From: Podospora anserina
Taxonomy: Eukaryota
Reading direction: 5' to 3'
Assembly (NCBI GenBank): GCA_017654855.1
Contig: CM030334.1
Span: 3,720,001-3,784,000, forward strand
DNA: 64,000 nucleotides
Numbering within the stretch: position 1 is the first letter of the stretch; each line of letters opens with the position of its first letter. The notes below the pieces were generated by a model, which saw nothing but the letters and a program-made list of their open reading frames with translations, ran no database searches and was not told the origin of the DNA. Shown one piece after another: positions 24,461 through 37,515 of this stretch. The translations under genes and the position numbers were made by a program.

Positions 24461-27400
24461 CGTGATTAAAAACGAAATAAGTATATAGTACTTTTGTTAA
24501 GTTAGGATAATTAAAATAAATATATTTTTTAATATAAAAAATATATTAAGGGAAAGAAGTTAGGTAGTAAGATATTTTTTATTGTAAAACGATAAATACA
24601 AGTGCGATATTAATTTATATATAAGAGCGTAATAAATATTCTTTCGGGGAATAATAAGGTAATTAAAAAAAGAATAACGAAAGTATAATAACGAGTAAAT
24701 TTAAAAAAAGAAATATTTATTTAGGCTAAGTTATAGATAGTTAAATTAGTTTTTTTATTATTTATAATTCTCTTATATATATATAGGGACCGGGCTTAAG
24801 TAATTACCTTCGATAGTATACTATAATAGTTAGCGACGCTAAATATAGAATGTAATACTATTAGTCTATCTAAATATCTATACTATTACTTTTTAAAAAT
24901 TAATTTTATATTAAAAGGCCGGTCTTTTTTAAAAATATAAATCTCGTTAATTAGGATAGTATAGCCTACGTTTATTACGATTGTAATAATAGAAAGATTT
25001 ACCTGCGTAAAGTTAAGCCGCTTAACGTAAATATACTTTTTGGCTAAAATATTATATTAGAGTAACCTAGCGATATAGGCGCTAATAGTTATGCGGAAAG
25101 CCCTATAAATTTACGCTAAAGGCTATATTATAGATCGTAGTATAATATATTTATTCGTTAAAGGGAATCCCCGCCCTATTTACTACCGATTTCCTTTTCT
25201 AATTCACCGATATACTTAAAGGAACTAAATCCTAGATTTTAATTATAAGGCTCTATTATTACTACCTGTATAATAACTATATATATTTCCCCGGATAGCG
25301 CTATTACCCCCCTCTTCTTTTTATTCTACTTTTTACTACTATTCTAGCCACTCTAAATCTGCCTTAATACTTTATTTCTCTTAGACAAGCTTATTTTCGG
25401 GTACTATAAGGACATACCCGCGCTTCCGCCGCTTTTATACGCCTATAATTTTATTACCCGTAATACTATTATTATCGTTATACTACTAATACTTATAGCT
25501 ACAGTAATTACCCCTACTTATAATTAAAGCTTTTAAATACTATAATTTAAGCTCGTAGAATCTATAGTTTAAGCTTTAATTATATCTTTTAAACTAAAGT
25601 CAAATATTATTAGAAAGGTCGTCTCTCTCGGTAATCTTACTTCGGTATTAAAATAGTGGCTAAAGTTTTCCCCACTAAAGTTAACTTCCTTTTAAAATAA
25701 TGAGGGGTAAATTACTATTATTATAGTTTATATAAATATAAGGGCCTTGATATAGGGTTTAAAGCTGCTAGTAGTCGCTAGTATAATTTATTAAATAAAG
25801 TTACTTAGCGTACCTAGGCTACGAAGTAATTAGTAAGAGTTTTTCCTTTTCTTGTTTTATATAGTTACTAAAATACTTTAGTTCCTATAAGTAATTAAAA
25901 AAGTCGTATAACAAATCTTCCTAATCTACTTATCCGAAATATCGAATAATAATAAAAGTCTCTATAAAATTTATTTTATTTTTTAAATCTAGAGATTTAA
26001 TTTAACTTTTATTAAGAATAATCTATAATACTTATTTCCGTAAATTAGTTTATCCTTAAGACTAGACTTATATTTAAGGGCTAGTTATATAAATTGCTTT
26101 ATCTATGTTACTCTTTTTATTAAACTTCTCGGATTTAAAATCTTAGGTTTATATTCGCTAAATTATAATTATATCGCTCTAAAAGACTAAGCCGGAAATA
26201 ATTCGATTAATTAAACCGCTTTTATATTTAAATTACTTTATAAGTATTTCTAATATAGGTTAAGCTATTAAAAAAAAAAGTTAATATAGTTGCCTATCGA
26301 AATCTAGAGTTTAACCCTTTAAACTTTTTTAGTTTACTCCTTTACTTTAGTGTTTAATAGTTATATCGTTTTAAAGAAATAAAACTAAGTTTACTAAAAA
26401 TATTAGTATATTCGTTACTAAGCCTAAGTGATTCTGGCAGGCAGGTATATATAATCCTAAAATCTACTTTCTAGAAGGGAACACCTATATTTATAAAGTC
26501 TTAAAGATATCCCTCTCTCTAAACAATATAAAGTTTTATCTCTATTACTCCCACCATACTTATTTACCCCTTTTACTATACGCCTCTCTACCCTCCTCCT
26601 CGCTTCCCTAACTAGCCTAATTACCGTAAACTTCGACCTTTACCTAAACTATTAAGTCTTTAGCGTCGATAGCGGCGCCCACTTCTTCCACGGCTAGTAT
26701 ATCTTCGATAACGACCTTAGTATTAACGATATTCGTTCTTTCTCCCCTTTTTATATCCCACCTCTTTTTATAATTAATTACCCCCTCCTTTTAGATCTTC
26801 GCTTACGGCCCTTACCTTTTTTAAGACGACGTTTCTGGCCGTATAACCGGCGTGCGATATATTGGTAGCGGCTACTACGGTAGTGCCGCTATTAATATTA
26901 ACGTTTTCGAGATGTATTTTAGTAATAATCCCCTTTACTATTAAAGTAAGTCCCCTTTCCCCTCCTCTTTTTCCCCTTTTACTTTATTTAGAAACCTCTA
27001 ACTAATAATATCCCCCCCCCCCTTAAAACTATTTATAAAAATAGAAGCTACCTCTATAAAATATATAACCTTAACGGTAAAACTTACGGGGAGTATATCT
27101 TTTTTCCCGGTATTAACTTCCACCATTCGAGGTTCGTCGAGACCCGGAGCGGCGTCCGTAAGTTTCGCTGTTTAACGCAGTTTACTGCTACGTAGATTAG
27201 GGCTGTAGATAGGTAAGTAGGGAAATTTCTACCTCTTTACTAAGAGAGGGAGTAATGCTTTAGTGAATCTAAGTTTAGGAATACTACGGGTAGATAATTA
27301 TTATTTCTAAAAATTAAATTAATAGTAGAGGTAAATATAGATTTTAACCTTAAAAGCTTTTACTATACTATACCTTGGAGTCCCGCACGCTACACTTTAT

Positions 27401-27600
27401 ATTATTTCGATTACTATAGCTCAATCTAGCTCGATACCCGCATTTCACTCAATATCCAGGCCATCCAAGTTTTATATATATATTATATAAATATTTATAT
27501 CTCATAACTAAAAGTTATTATAATATAACTAAAAACTGCCTCCCACATTAATATACAGCCCAAAGGAAGCTAAAACAAAGAAATCCGCAACCAATTACAT
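24460..27600. other. Second RIP-mutated AT-rich block
   Basis: TpA-rich and CpA-depleted. The 24.9-26.4 kb part could not be assigned to a family. Confidence 0.85.
26578..27216 (+). pseudogene. RIP relic of a small secreted Cys-containing protein
   Basis: ATA (from ATG) RLSTLLLASLTSLITVNFDLY...DDVSGRITGVR...FEMYFSNNPLYY*...GVRKFRCLTQFTAT*IRAVDR*, with two introns. Confidence 0.7.
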
Positions 27601-27603
27601 ATT

Positions 27604-28520
27604 CTAAAAAAGATCGCCTTCCAAATAAACGCCCATTATCCATAACTCTTCTTCAACTCGCTTCGCTTCGCTTGCTTGGTTCAAATGGTCGCTCAAGTCA
27701 TCGTTGTCGTCGTAGCGCCAGGTATCCCGAGGAGGCTCAACAAGCGCCACCTCCCGTGGGCGAGCGTCGACGATTACTGTGGGCGGACCCCTGGATGTGA
27801 GAGAGGTGTCATATGACGTGGTTGTGCCATATGAAGTGGTGTCGTACGAGGTAGTCGTGTAGGACCGTGCCGGGGACTGCTCGCGAATCGTGGTTGTCTT
27901 GACCACCTCGACAGGAGGGGCTGGTGCGGGCGCGGGCTAGGCGTTGATGATGATAGGACCGTTACCGGCTGGGGCCGGTGGGTGTTGATGGTGGTAGTGC
28001 ACGGCAGGGGGAGGAGCCGTGGTATAGTACTCGACAATCTCTATTCGACGTTCCTCAATGATATCACCAGCGCTGGATCGCGGGGCTATAATCTCTAACT
28101 CGCCTGGGAATATTACTTTTTCGTCCGGGTAGGGGAGTAATGGGGCGGGCGTAGTCTTCTTATAATTATCGCTTAGCTTTAGTAAGTCGTCAATACTTTA
28201 TATTAAGCAGGGCGGCACCTAGATACTATGGTAAGCAGACGGATTTAGACTCTATATTTTGGGTATGTTAACGTACGGTCCTGTACCCAGACCGCAACCA
28301 AGACTTTTTTCTTCCAGTAGTTAAAGCTTTGGTGAGAAATTCTGCCATCTCGCAAAGCCCTGCGAAGCCTGTTGTTGATTTTATTGGTATGATCCTTCAG
28401 CACACGCTACTCGTATTTCTTCTTAATTATACGAGATAGCTCCCATGATGATTTAACTGCAGTCACTAAGCCCGCAAGAGTGGCAGCAGATGCCAAGGAA
28501 CTAGGAAGATATGACGCTAT
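27604..28520 (-). pseudogene. Disrupted gene: short helical N-terminus plus T/S/R-rich C-terminus
   Basis: ATA start, ASYLPSSLASAATLAGLVTAVKSSWELSRIIKKKYE*RVLKDH, one intron and frameshifts. The C-terminus reads TTIREQSPARSYTTTSYDT...VIVDARPREV. Confidence 0.6.
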
Positions 28521-29558
28521 ATGCGAAAAAGTAAGGTGTTAGCTATGTAAAATGGAACTGTGGGTAAGTTGGGGAGTTAGTTAAGACCAGTAGCTGTTTT
28601 ATATAAGGATTCGCCTGGACTTTTATTCACAAATTGTTCGAACTGAAATTGTTAATTTGGACATTTCTGAAATCCAATATTAAGCTGACAGGGCCAGGGT
28701 GGCCTCGCTCGGTACCGAAACCCAGTCCCTCAACACACCCCACCCAAATCGGCAACGGATTTCCCTCGACCAGGAAGAACAGAGGAGAGGCAGAGATCGT
28801 CCAACAAAAATTTGAAACACCTTGATGGATGTGGATTGTTTATGTGAGGGCCATCTATCATCCATATTCCCGGTGGTTAGCGGGGTCATTCAGGGATAAG
28901 TATCATTCAACAACGCCATGTCAGCTTTGACAAAGCAACGGAGTAAACAACCCCATAGTTTCTCAAATCGCCCGTGCCAAGAAGGGGGTGGATGACACGT
29001 CGGGAGTGGGCGCGGGCAGCAAACTCGCACGACAATGGAAACTGCCAATAGGCGAAAAAGCGTGATGAGTGCCTGTGATAATAGGGTTGTAGTTAATGGG
29101 GGTAAGGAGAAAAGCCATAAGTGGTTGGTGATGAGTATGCTTGGCCTGCAAGGATGGTTGAGCCTCACTGAAACATATTACAGCAGGCCCTCTCCAACGC
29201 TGCCTAGGCCTAGGAACCCGGTATATAGCTGTGATGCGCCATGATCAACAGGATTGCATGCTGTGCATAGAGCGATTACTAGAAAATAATAGCCGCAAGT
29301 TTATTGGAATGATCTGCTGTTAAATGCCACTGAACAGTGAAAAGGGGGCCGCCTTAACTCGCCGCAGACCCACCTTATAACTGCCAAGGATCCATTTGCC
29401 CCGAAGACGGTGCATCTGGCGGGCGAACTAAATGCCCCGTCCTTGACGGTTGAATCAAGGTCAACCATATCTGAATGGCTTCTGCCCCGCTAAGAAGATT
29501 AGATTAGATCCTGTAGAATACAAACATTACAAAAAATATACTAAACATTGTCGCCAAT

Positions 29559-30355
29559 ATAACGGCCGAGCAGCAGATTCTTAAGATCAAGCTTATGCGT
29601 ATCGCGCATGTGTACTATACCCATACCGATCTCGATAAAGCACGCGAGTTTTTAGCTAACTTCGGCTTTACAGTAACGGACGATAGAGGTAACAAAGTAT
29701 ACTACAAAGGTTACGGCACCGAGCCTTTCGTATACAGTACTACCAAAGGCGCGGAAAATGAGTTTAGTGGTGCCGGCTTCGTTGTTAAGTCTATGGCGGA
29801 CTTAGAGTTAGCCGCTAAGACTCTTCCTAAGGCGACTCCCGTCCACGACTCGGATACGCCTAGTGGCGGCAAGCGTATAACATTTAGAGATCCTGTGGAT
29901 GACTTCCCCTTTTACCTAGTGTATAGGAAAACCCCCGTCGAGAAGTCAGCGTACCTGCCCGAGCTAAAGTACAACTTTCCCGAGAATAAATACCGGGCCG
30001 TCAATAAGACATAGCGGTTCAAGAAGGCACTAGCGGCCGTCCATAAGTTGGGTTATGTCGGGTGCTGCGTGATTAACTTCGTTAAGTCGTTCGAGTTCTA
30101 TACTACTCGGTTTAACCTTAAGCCCAGCGATATTATCCACGAGCCGAACGGAAAGGACGTGTCTACTTTCTTGTATCTGGATAGAGGGATAGAGTAGGTC
30201 GATCATTATACTTGGTTCTTCTTTAAGGGTTAGTATCCTTCCCTAAATCTCGTTAGTGGCAAAATATGTGACTGCCCATTGACTTTAGGACCTAAATATT
30301 TCGTCCACTACTTTAGTTTCGAGGTACACGATTTCGATGTCCAGTCGTTGGGCCA
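29559..30355 (+). pseudogene. RIP-damaged, 3'-truncated VOC/glyoxalase-fold extradiol dioxygenase (trihydroxytoluene oxygenase-like)
   Basis: RIAHVYYTHTDLDKAREFL..FG, T*RFKKALAAVHKLG and FEVHDFDVQSLG are followed by an abrupt end. The start is ATA and there is a CAG>TAG stop at 30012. Confidence 0.85.
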
Positions 30356-31366
30356 GGTTACCGGGAACTTGGGCATCTGAGCTTCTGTTTGAACACATTT
30401 AAATTAGCTTCATCTTGTGGCGAAGACTTTTCATTGTTACTGGTGATTCGATTAATTTGAAGGCAGACTAAGTGATAGATATCACAGAGCGACAATCGCC
30501 TTGCCAGTGCTGTTTCTATGACGGAAGCGCAAGAAGTCGATCAACAAAAAGATAGGAAGGAGTTAAACACAAATGCAATACATTGAAAACAAAGACTTAC
30601 CCATCTTTGCAGGCGTTGGTTTAATTCGTGGTGATGTCGACGCGGTAATTGGATGTTGCGACCTCTTGTAGGTAGTCAAGCATGCGGCGTGTTTAGTGAA
30701 AATTCCAAAGGCAGATGGGGAATTTTGTAGTCAGAATTTGCTCTGGCCAGGAGGGTACACGTCACTCAATTTGGAAGGCCGGTTGGTGAGTTGGGACCCT
30801 CATCGTGGGAAGGGGCAGCCGGGCTCCTTCCTCATTACTGAGCTTTAACAATGATATTGTCCGACTGCCCGAATAACAGGCAGGAGGAGAAGAGGAAAGA
30901 CATGATATAGTATATTTATGATACCTTTTTCTTGGGATATCTTGATGAAAACCGAAACTAACGAGAGAATCATGAAGGGAATAATACAAGTCAGGGATTA
31001 TGGTATAGGGTATCACATGGAGGTTTTAAGCTCTTAACCTTGACCCATTCATGACAGTGGGAGTAAGAAGTGAGGTTAACCCTGACTGTGACCTGCATCG
31101 CGACCATGAGTAATAACTCCGACTTCTCACTTGTGGTCACCCCAGAAAACGATAACATCCAGTGATCATGTCAGAGGGCCTCCCTCTGTTGCTTGGAGTA
31201 TAACGAGTAAAGCACTGTACTGTTAAGTTGACTCCACCAACATGGAACGCAAACGTAAGTCAATCAATCATTGGCTACTGCTTCGTTCCGTTGTCATTGC
31301 CACCCGTCGCGACAGCGTCCGCCTCTGGCCCCAATCGAAAGAGAACCAGCTGTTGTCAAAGCCTCC

Positions 31367-33206
31367 TCACTCATCCGATACCCGCAAGTTCATCTGCCTG
31401 ATTTCCACCACATTTCTCTCACCTGGTCTGCCTTCGGGCACAGACTCCAGTTCTACCCCAGGCTGTGCCTGTGTTCCACGACTTCTTTCCACTCCCAACA
31501 CCACCTCCTTGTGTTCCTGGCTCAACCTTTGCCCTCGAACCAGCAAAGTGAGAACGGTGGCAAGGCCAGCAAACGCGACATACTGTGCACTCGTCAGCTA
31601 AGTATTTCTCAAAGACCAATACCCAAAGATAGACCCACCATAATCCAAACCAACCTCAGCGACTCAAAATACGCGGCCCTCACAACCATCTGTTCTTCCT
31701 CGACATGCAGCCCAATCCTCTCAATACTCCCAGCCGCCTCTCCACCCCTAAACCAACCCGCGATGTCCTCTCCCAATTTCTCAACCAACCCACCGTTCCT
31801 CCCATCCATCCCATTCTGAAAAATAACACCTCCCACGACAACCGACACCGCAGTCGCCATCGACCTCGCAAACCCCATCGCCGCAATCACCGCCGCCGTA
31901 TCCAGCTCGCTCGCTGCCGCCTGAGCAGCCAGAATCGGGCCCTTGATGTTCAAACCCACCCCCCACCCCAGCCAAAATCTCGTACCCGAACAACTTCCCG
32001 AGGTTGTCTCGCTCTTCAAAGTCGAGACTGACGAATAATCCAACCCCAATCATGAGGAACACTTGCGCGGCGTACATGACAGGGAGATACCTCCCCGTCT
32101 TCTGGATAGCCACGCCAGTAAAAGCCGCCGACAGCGAGCATGACACGATCAATGGGACAAGGTGGACTCCTGATGTTAGCGCGTTGGCTCCGAGGACAGA
32201 CTGGGAGTAGAGGGGGAGGTAGTAGGCCAGTCCGATGAAGACGAACGAGTCGAAGGAAAAAACGCCGTACGCAGCGATGGTGGAGAGATTGGGGAATAGC
32301 CTTGCGGGGAATATGGGATTGGGTGCCAACTTCCACTCATTGATAAAGAAGAGGAGCAGACTCAGGACGCCAAAGACGATGAGGTTGATGACTGTAAGTG
32401 AGGACCAGGCCAGGACTACATTTCCAAAGTCGAGGGCGAGAAGGATCATGAGGGCGCTACCGATAGTTAGAAGGGATCCGGACCAGTCGAGGGCTTTGAG
32501 TCCCGTCATGGTGGGGGTCTTGGGCGGTGATGAAAGGGGAAGGAAGAAGAGGATGGTGAGGAACACCAGCAGGCCGATGGGAACTGTGGGCTTATTAGAT
32601 TCCCGTTTTTTTGATAACGAAGAGAGAAAACTGACTATTGATCCAAAAGCACTACCTCCAGCTCAGCCTCGTGCTTAAAACACCACCGATCACCGGCCCG
32701 ATCGCACTCCCCAACGCCCACACCCCGCTAGTTACCGCAAGATATAACCCCCTGTCCCTCAAGCTGAACGAGTCATAAATGATGACATTCACTATCATCC
32801 CTATCCCGCTCGCGCCGACACCTTGCCACGCTCTCCCGATGATTAACGAGTGTATATTCGGTGCTAGGGCACAGAGCAGGCTGGTAAAGAAGAATATAGC
32901 CTGCGACAAGAGTATGATGGGCTTGCGGCTAAATGTGTTAGAGACTGCGCCCGAGGTGGGTGTGCTGGCTGTATGGGCGAGGATGAAGGAGGAACCGATC
33001 CAGATGTAGCCTTATGGGGAGGCAAAGTCGGCCACGATCGAAGGAATAGAGGGGGTTAGGATTGTCAAGTCGAGAGATGACAACAGGACGGAAAGGCAGA
33101 GCGGTGTTAGCAGGAGAGTGATGTCGCGTTTGGACCTGGAAGACTGAGGTGGGCTGTCATCTTGAGGTGTTCCATCGGGACTGGTGGGAAGCGGGATTGG
33201 TTTCAT
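31367..33206 (-). pseudogene. MFS drug:H+ antiporter (DHA2-like) pseudogene
   Basis: Motifs LSSLDLTILTPSIPSI, GRAWQGVG, GPVIGG and LDWSG. There is an in-frame TAA at 33012-33014 (SP*GYIWIGS) and a frameshift near 31960. Confidence 0.85.
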
Positions 33207-33572
33207 GGTTAGAAGTGATATTGGTGATAGGCTCACGTGCGACCACGGTGATGGTTTGTGTCTGGGTTACCATCCTGGATATACAATATAGTCTGCGAGT
33301 CAAGAGAAATGATACATTGAATTCAAAGAGCAGAAAGCGTGGAAGTTGAGTGTGGGATGAAGTCAATATAAAGTTTTTGATTACGGAATGCTCGGAGGTA
33401 CGTACCTCCGACACCCCTGTCGCCTTTGTCCGAAGAACACAAACCCAGCTGCCTGGTAGAGTATTGGGTAGCAATGGGATCCGAGAGATCGCATATCGAT
33501 GGCCGAGCACCAAAAAGTCCAAAGCACTTCATTGTTCAGTTTGGTGACTTCAAACTACCTCTGCTGACCAGA

Positions 33573-34167
33573 TCATATCGTCGAATGATTCTGCTCGTAA
33601 CCAGCTCCAGCGTACTTTGTCTTCACCTTCTCCTCCCCATCTTTCAACCTCCCAAAAACATCAAACACCACACCCCACCTCACCAAGTTCAATAACGCCG
33701 ACGCCAGTACCCCTCCCCAAACCAGATCGTTCCACTTCCCAAATTCCCAAAACGCCTCAGGTCCCAAACCCTTGTAGACGGACCAAATGTGGCCGTAATC
33801 CGCCAACGCGACCACGGTGCAGTACCCCTTTACCACGAATCTGTCCTTGCTGAAGCAGCAGACGACAGCCAAGCCGGCGAGGAGGAGGAAGACGTTGATG
33901 AGCTGAAGGGTGACGATCTCGGCCTGCGGAGAGAAATCGGGGGGCTGGGTGGTCTTGCTGGTGTAGAGCAGGTCAGGCGGAAGTTGGCGGTTGAAGTAGC
34001 TGTAGGCGCCAAAGCTGATTATGGCGACGCGATAGGCTTCGAGGCTGTGTAATTTGTCAGTGGTTTGGGCTATAGAAGCGGTTGGGGGGTTGGGTAACGA
34101 ACAGCAGCAGAGGCTCAATCACGCCAAGGACGACGAGGGGGAAGGTTGGGAGGATTGAGCGTGTTAT
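33573..34167 (-). pseudogene. Small multi-pass membrane protein, start codon apparently ATG>ATA
   Basis: (I)TRSILPTFPLVVLGVIEPLLL, an intron, then QLINVFLLLAGLAVVCC...VALADYGHIW. This resembles a common fungal four-TM family. Confidence 0.6.
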
Positions 34168-34612
34168 TTTTGTGGTGGGCGCTACGACGGTGAAAAATGT
34201 GAGATAGGGCAAACAGGGCGGCAGCGACAACGGAGAGAGCTGTTACATAAAACACAATGGCGGAATCTTCAACGGCTGTTTGTTGGTTGGGAAGGAGCAG
34301 GCTTGTGTCACATGATTTTCGTGAATGCGGGTTGGCTGTTGGGACGATGCAGTTGTTGCTCGCATGCAGTTAGGGTTGTCTGGGTTGGGGTTCCAACAAA
34401 TCAGGAGTGACCCCTTAACTGTGGATACGATTCTCCCCACGGGTTTGTTTACTTTTGCCTTCCCTGGCAACAGCGATAAGGTCCAACCCTATCCTTGCCG
34501 CCGACGGTTGCACTTCCTGATCCGGCTGATCTCGTATCCTGGCATAAATTGTGCAGAGCTTGCTGAGTAGCGTTCGGTATGGAAAATGACAAATACGGTA
34601 TTTCAAGGCCTC

Positions 34613-35091
34613 GGCCGGGACACTCAGCCAAAACTCCTGAAGACACTCAGACTAACCATAACCGGCAACTACCCCCACAAGAGACTTCAAACATCGGTTT
34701 TCGTTGAAAACACTGCAAAAAAGCAGGTCCCAAAATGCAAGGCCACTCTTCCACAACTGCGAGCAGTTTTCTAACCGACCTAGCCCTACATTAAATAAGT
34801 GATGAAGGCCTTGAACTATAGAAAGCTATATATATCAATACACCAATGCCCTCTCTTTGCAACTCTGGAAAATATAATCTATAAGCCTTAGCCGCGGGGA
34901 GGATCTAGTGTAGAGACTGTCAAGGACTTCGCAGTAGACTATATACATAGCAAAGGCGTGTTTTTACCTATGTTTTAAGGTTTTTGGTATGTTCGAACAC
35001 TCTACCGCAGTCTGAACTGACCGTTGTGGGGCCCTTTACCAGATATAGTTAGCTGAGTGTCTTCAGGGACTTTGCTTGAGTGTCCCTAGCC
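34613..35091. mobile_element. MITE-like element with ~48 bp imperfect terminal inverted repeats
   Basis: Left arm GGCCGGGACACTCAGCCAAAACTCCTGAAGACACTCAGACTAACCATA versus reverse complement of the right arm GGCTAGGGACACTCAAGCAAAGTCCCTGAAGACACTCAGCTAACTATA. The interior is non-coding. Confidence 0.7.
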
Positions 35092-36275
35092 GGGCTCGCG
35101 CGAGATTCAGCGACCGGGGACCTCTAAAGCCCGTAGGCTATGACGGTGGTTAAGTCCACAGTGGTCGAGACAGGGACCACATATCTCCCATTGTTGTTTA
35201 TCGATTAGTTGAGAATCATTTACCCCTATTAGTCCCTTCTCATCCCATTCTGCTAATTCGTTCATTTGACCCGAGACCGCCACAGGGTGTCCCCGTCCGT
35301 GCATCGTAAGGTCGACGGGATCGGGGCCCGGCGATGGCATCCGGTTCTTCCCCGTGGTGGTGATCCTGGTATAATCGACAAAGCGGAGGAGTCGGCTCCA
35401 GAACTCATTCTCCACAGTCAGCCCAGCCAAGCACCACTCCCAGAAAGAAGCCCAGGCCCTTTATGGGCGTCGATTCCGTATGTGAACCGCTCTTTCGGGA
35501 GCTTGAAACTTACCTGTAGATCAGTTGCAACCTCGAGACCCCCAACTCATCCCCAGAAACACGGCAGCCGCCATGCAGGAACCTTTCTCGATATCCGCTC
35601 CATAGAACATGATAACCACCGCTCTCGAGACAGCTCGCAAGGCTAACGAGAATCTGGCACTGTTTCACCACCGCCTTTCCAAACTGAAGCAAGCCTTAGG
35701 GCTTGGTACTTCTACCGCTGCTTATTTTAGAACCCTCCATCGAAAAAAAGCTTGACCTAGACCCTCGTTCGCAACCTTCTCGCTAAGCACGTCGCTTACT
35801 TGGAGCGATGTGACCAGAAATGGCGCAGGATCGAACCGGGATCGGTGATTGAAGGAATTCACCGCTTAAGCGCCATGGCAAAAAGTAAAACTCAGCAATA
35901 GGGTTCGGTATATACATAAAATCTGGGAAAATCCTGTATTTGTATTGGGGGTCCTGAATACCGTCTTTTCCGTCTAGACAGCTAACCCGATTGGGAAAGG
36001 ATCCTGGGAGTGGGGCAGGTAAAAATGCTGCTTTTTCTAGAAAAGTGCTGACCTGGGCCGTGCTTTTTAATAGACTACCTAGCTTAGCACTGTCTAATAC
36101 CGTCCGGGCCTGACTGTGTATGTAAAAGACCTAGCCGGGCTTATCTCGCGCCATCAAAAGCGGAGCGGCTCCCAAGAACGACCGGCAACGGGTTCCCGGC
36201 TTCTCTCTTGTTTGATTCAACGACGACTGAGCAAACCGCAAGCCGCCCAAATCCAAGTCCCACAACAGACAAAAA

Positions 36276-37314
36276 ATGTCTGAAGCAATAACCAACCAAG
36301 CAAGAGAGATCCTCGGCGATCTCACCACGACCTTCACAGCTCCCGAACCCTGCTGGACACCAGCCCACCACCTCGACCTCAACGTCGGCTGGCTAGGCCA
36401 GACATGCGGACCGACAGACGTCCAAGAACGCCATCTGCTGGCCCCCGACGACAACAGGCGCCCCAAGAACGAACTCAGCCTTCTTCAGTTGGGGATTCTA
36501 CTCGCCCGGCCTCGAGTACCCGGTAGGCTATCACTCCGCATGCACCGCCAGCGCCACCTCCCAGGGCTGGCGTCTCCAGTTCAGGATAGAGGCTGACGAG
36601 ACTTTTGTCGGCTGCTGTCCATCCGGCTTCGCCTGCCACAACCAAAACGGCCAAACCTGCATCTCCAATGCCCGAACAGCCACTATTTCGACGTACCAAT
36701 GCGAAAGCGGGAGCCAGATCAACCTCGCACCCATGACCCTCCCCAATCCAACAAGGTCTCAGGCGTACATCTACGCGCCCATGATCCAGCTCGCGTGGAA
36801 GCCCTCGGACCTCCCGCCGTCCCAGAGACCAATCGTTACGTCAGCCCCTGACGAGCCCTCCGGCGGCGGCGGCGGCGGCTTGTCGACTGGAGCGATAGTC
36901 GGTGTGGCGGTTGGCGCTGCGGCGGTGGTCATCGCTATCGTAATTGGCACCTTTTTACTGTGGAGGATGAAGCGTCGCGGGGTTGCCCGCGCTGGGCCCG
37001 ACTCAAAGATGGAGGACGCCCCCACGGGACCGAGTACGCCTTCGCCTGGATATCCCACCACCGTGACCGAAGAACAGACAAAGTACTATTACTCTGGCCA
37101 ACCCAATCAGCAGTGGCACCCGGGGATGAAGGAACCCCAGGTCACGCCATACGAACTGGGACAGTCACATGCGCCGGTCGAACTGAGTGGTGCTCGGTGG
37201 GATATAGATGGCAGGGTGGAGGCCCCCGGCCCTGAGATCAGACCGACAGAGCTAGAGACCCCGCAAGGGACTCCGCCAGCCGGGAAGCCTGCTGTGCTGC
37301 ATCGATCGGAATGA
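36276..37314 (+). pseudogene. Frameshifted Cys-rich single-pass membrane protein
   Basis: LTTTFTAPEPC...WLGQTC, a frameshift near 36427, then CWPP...FYSPGLEYPVGY..AC...VGCCPSGFAC, IYAPMIQLAW and the TM segment GLSTGAIVGVAVG. Confidence 0.7.
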
Positions 37315-37515
37315 TTGGGGATAAGCTGGATGAGAGGACAGAGTGGAGGGATCACATTGAGCAGAGGTAATCCTTGGATACCTTCTCGTAAATCCCCCGG
37401 TATCAACGTTGCGTACATATTTATTTGGTAATAGCAAAGAGATGACTTTCTTTTCCTCATCCCGAATTTCTTATAGATTTCGAGTTGCACAGATAAACTC
37501 CGTAAGCAGGAAAGA

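Noticed and set aside
31134-31144. GGGTGACCAC match to the 5S internal promoter on the minus strand (possible split 5S target site)
   Set aside because: Only about 10 nt, and the flanks do not resemble 5S.
35821-35876. tRNA-like element (GGTTCGATCC on the minus strand, TGGCGC/GCGCCA ends, CGGTGA/TCACCG hairpin)
   Set aside because: Only about 55 nt, with no D-arm and a poor T-stem; not a credible tRNA.
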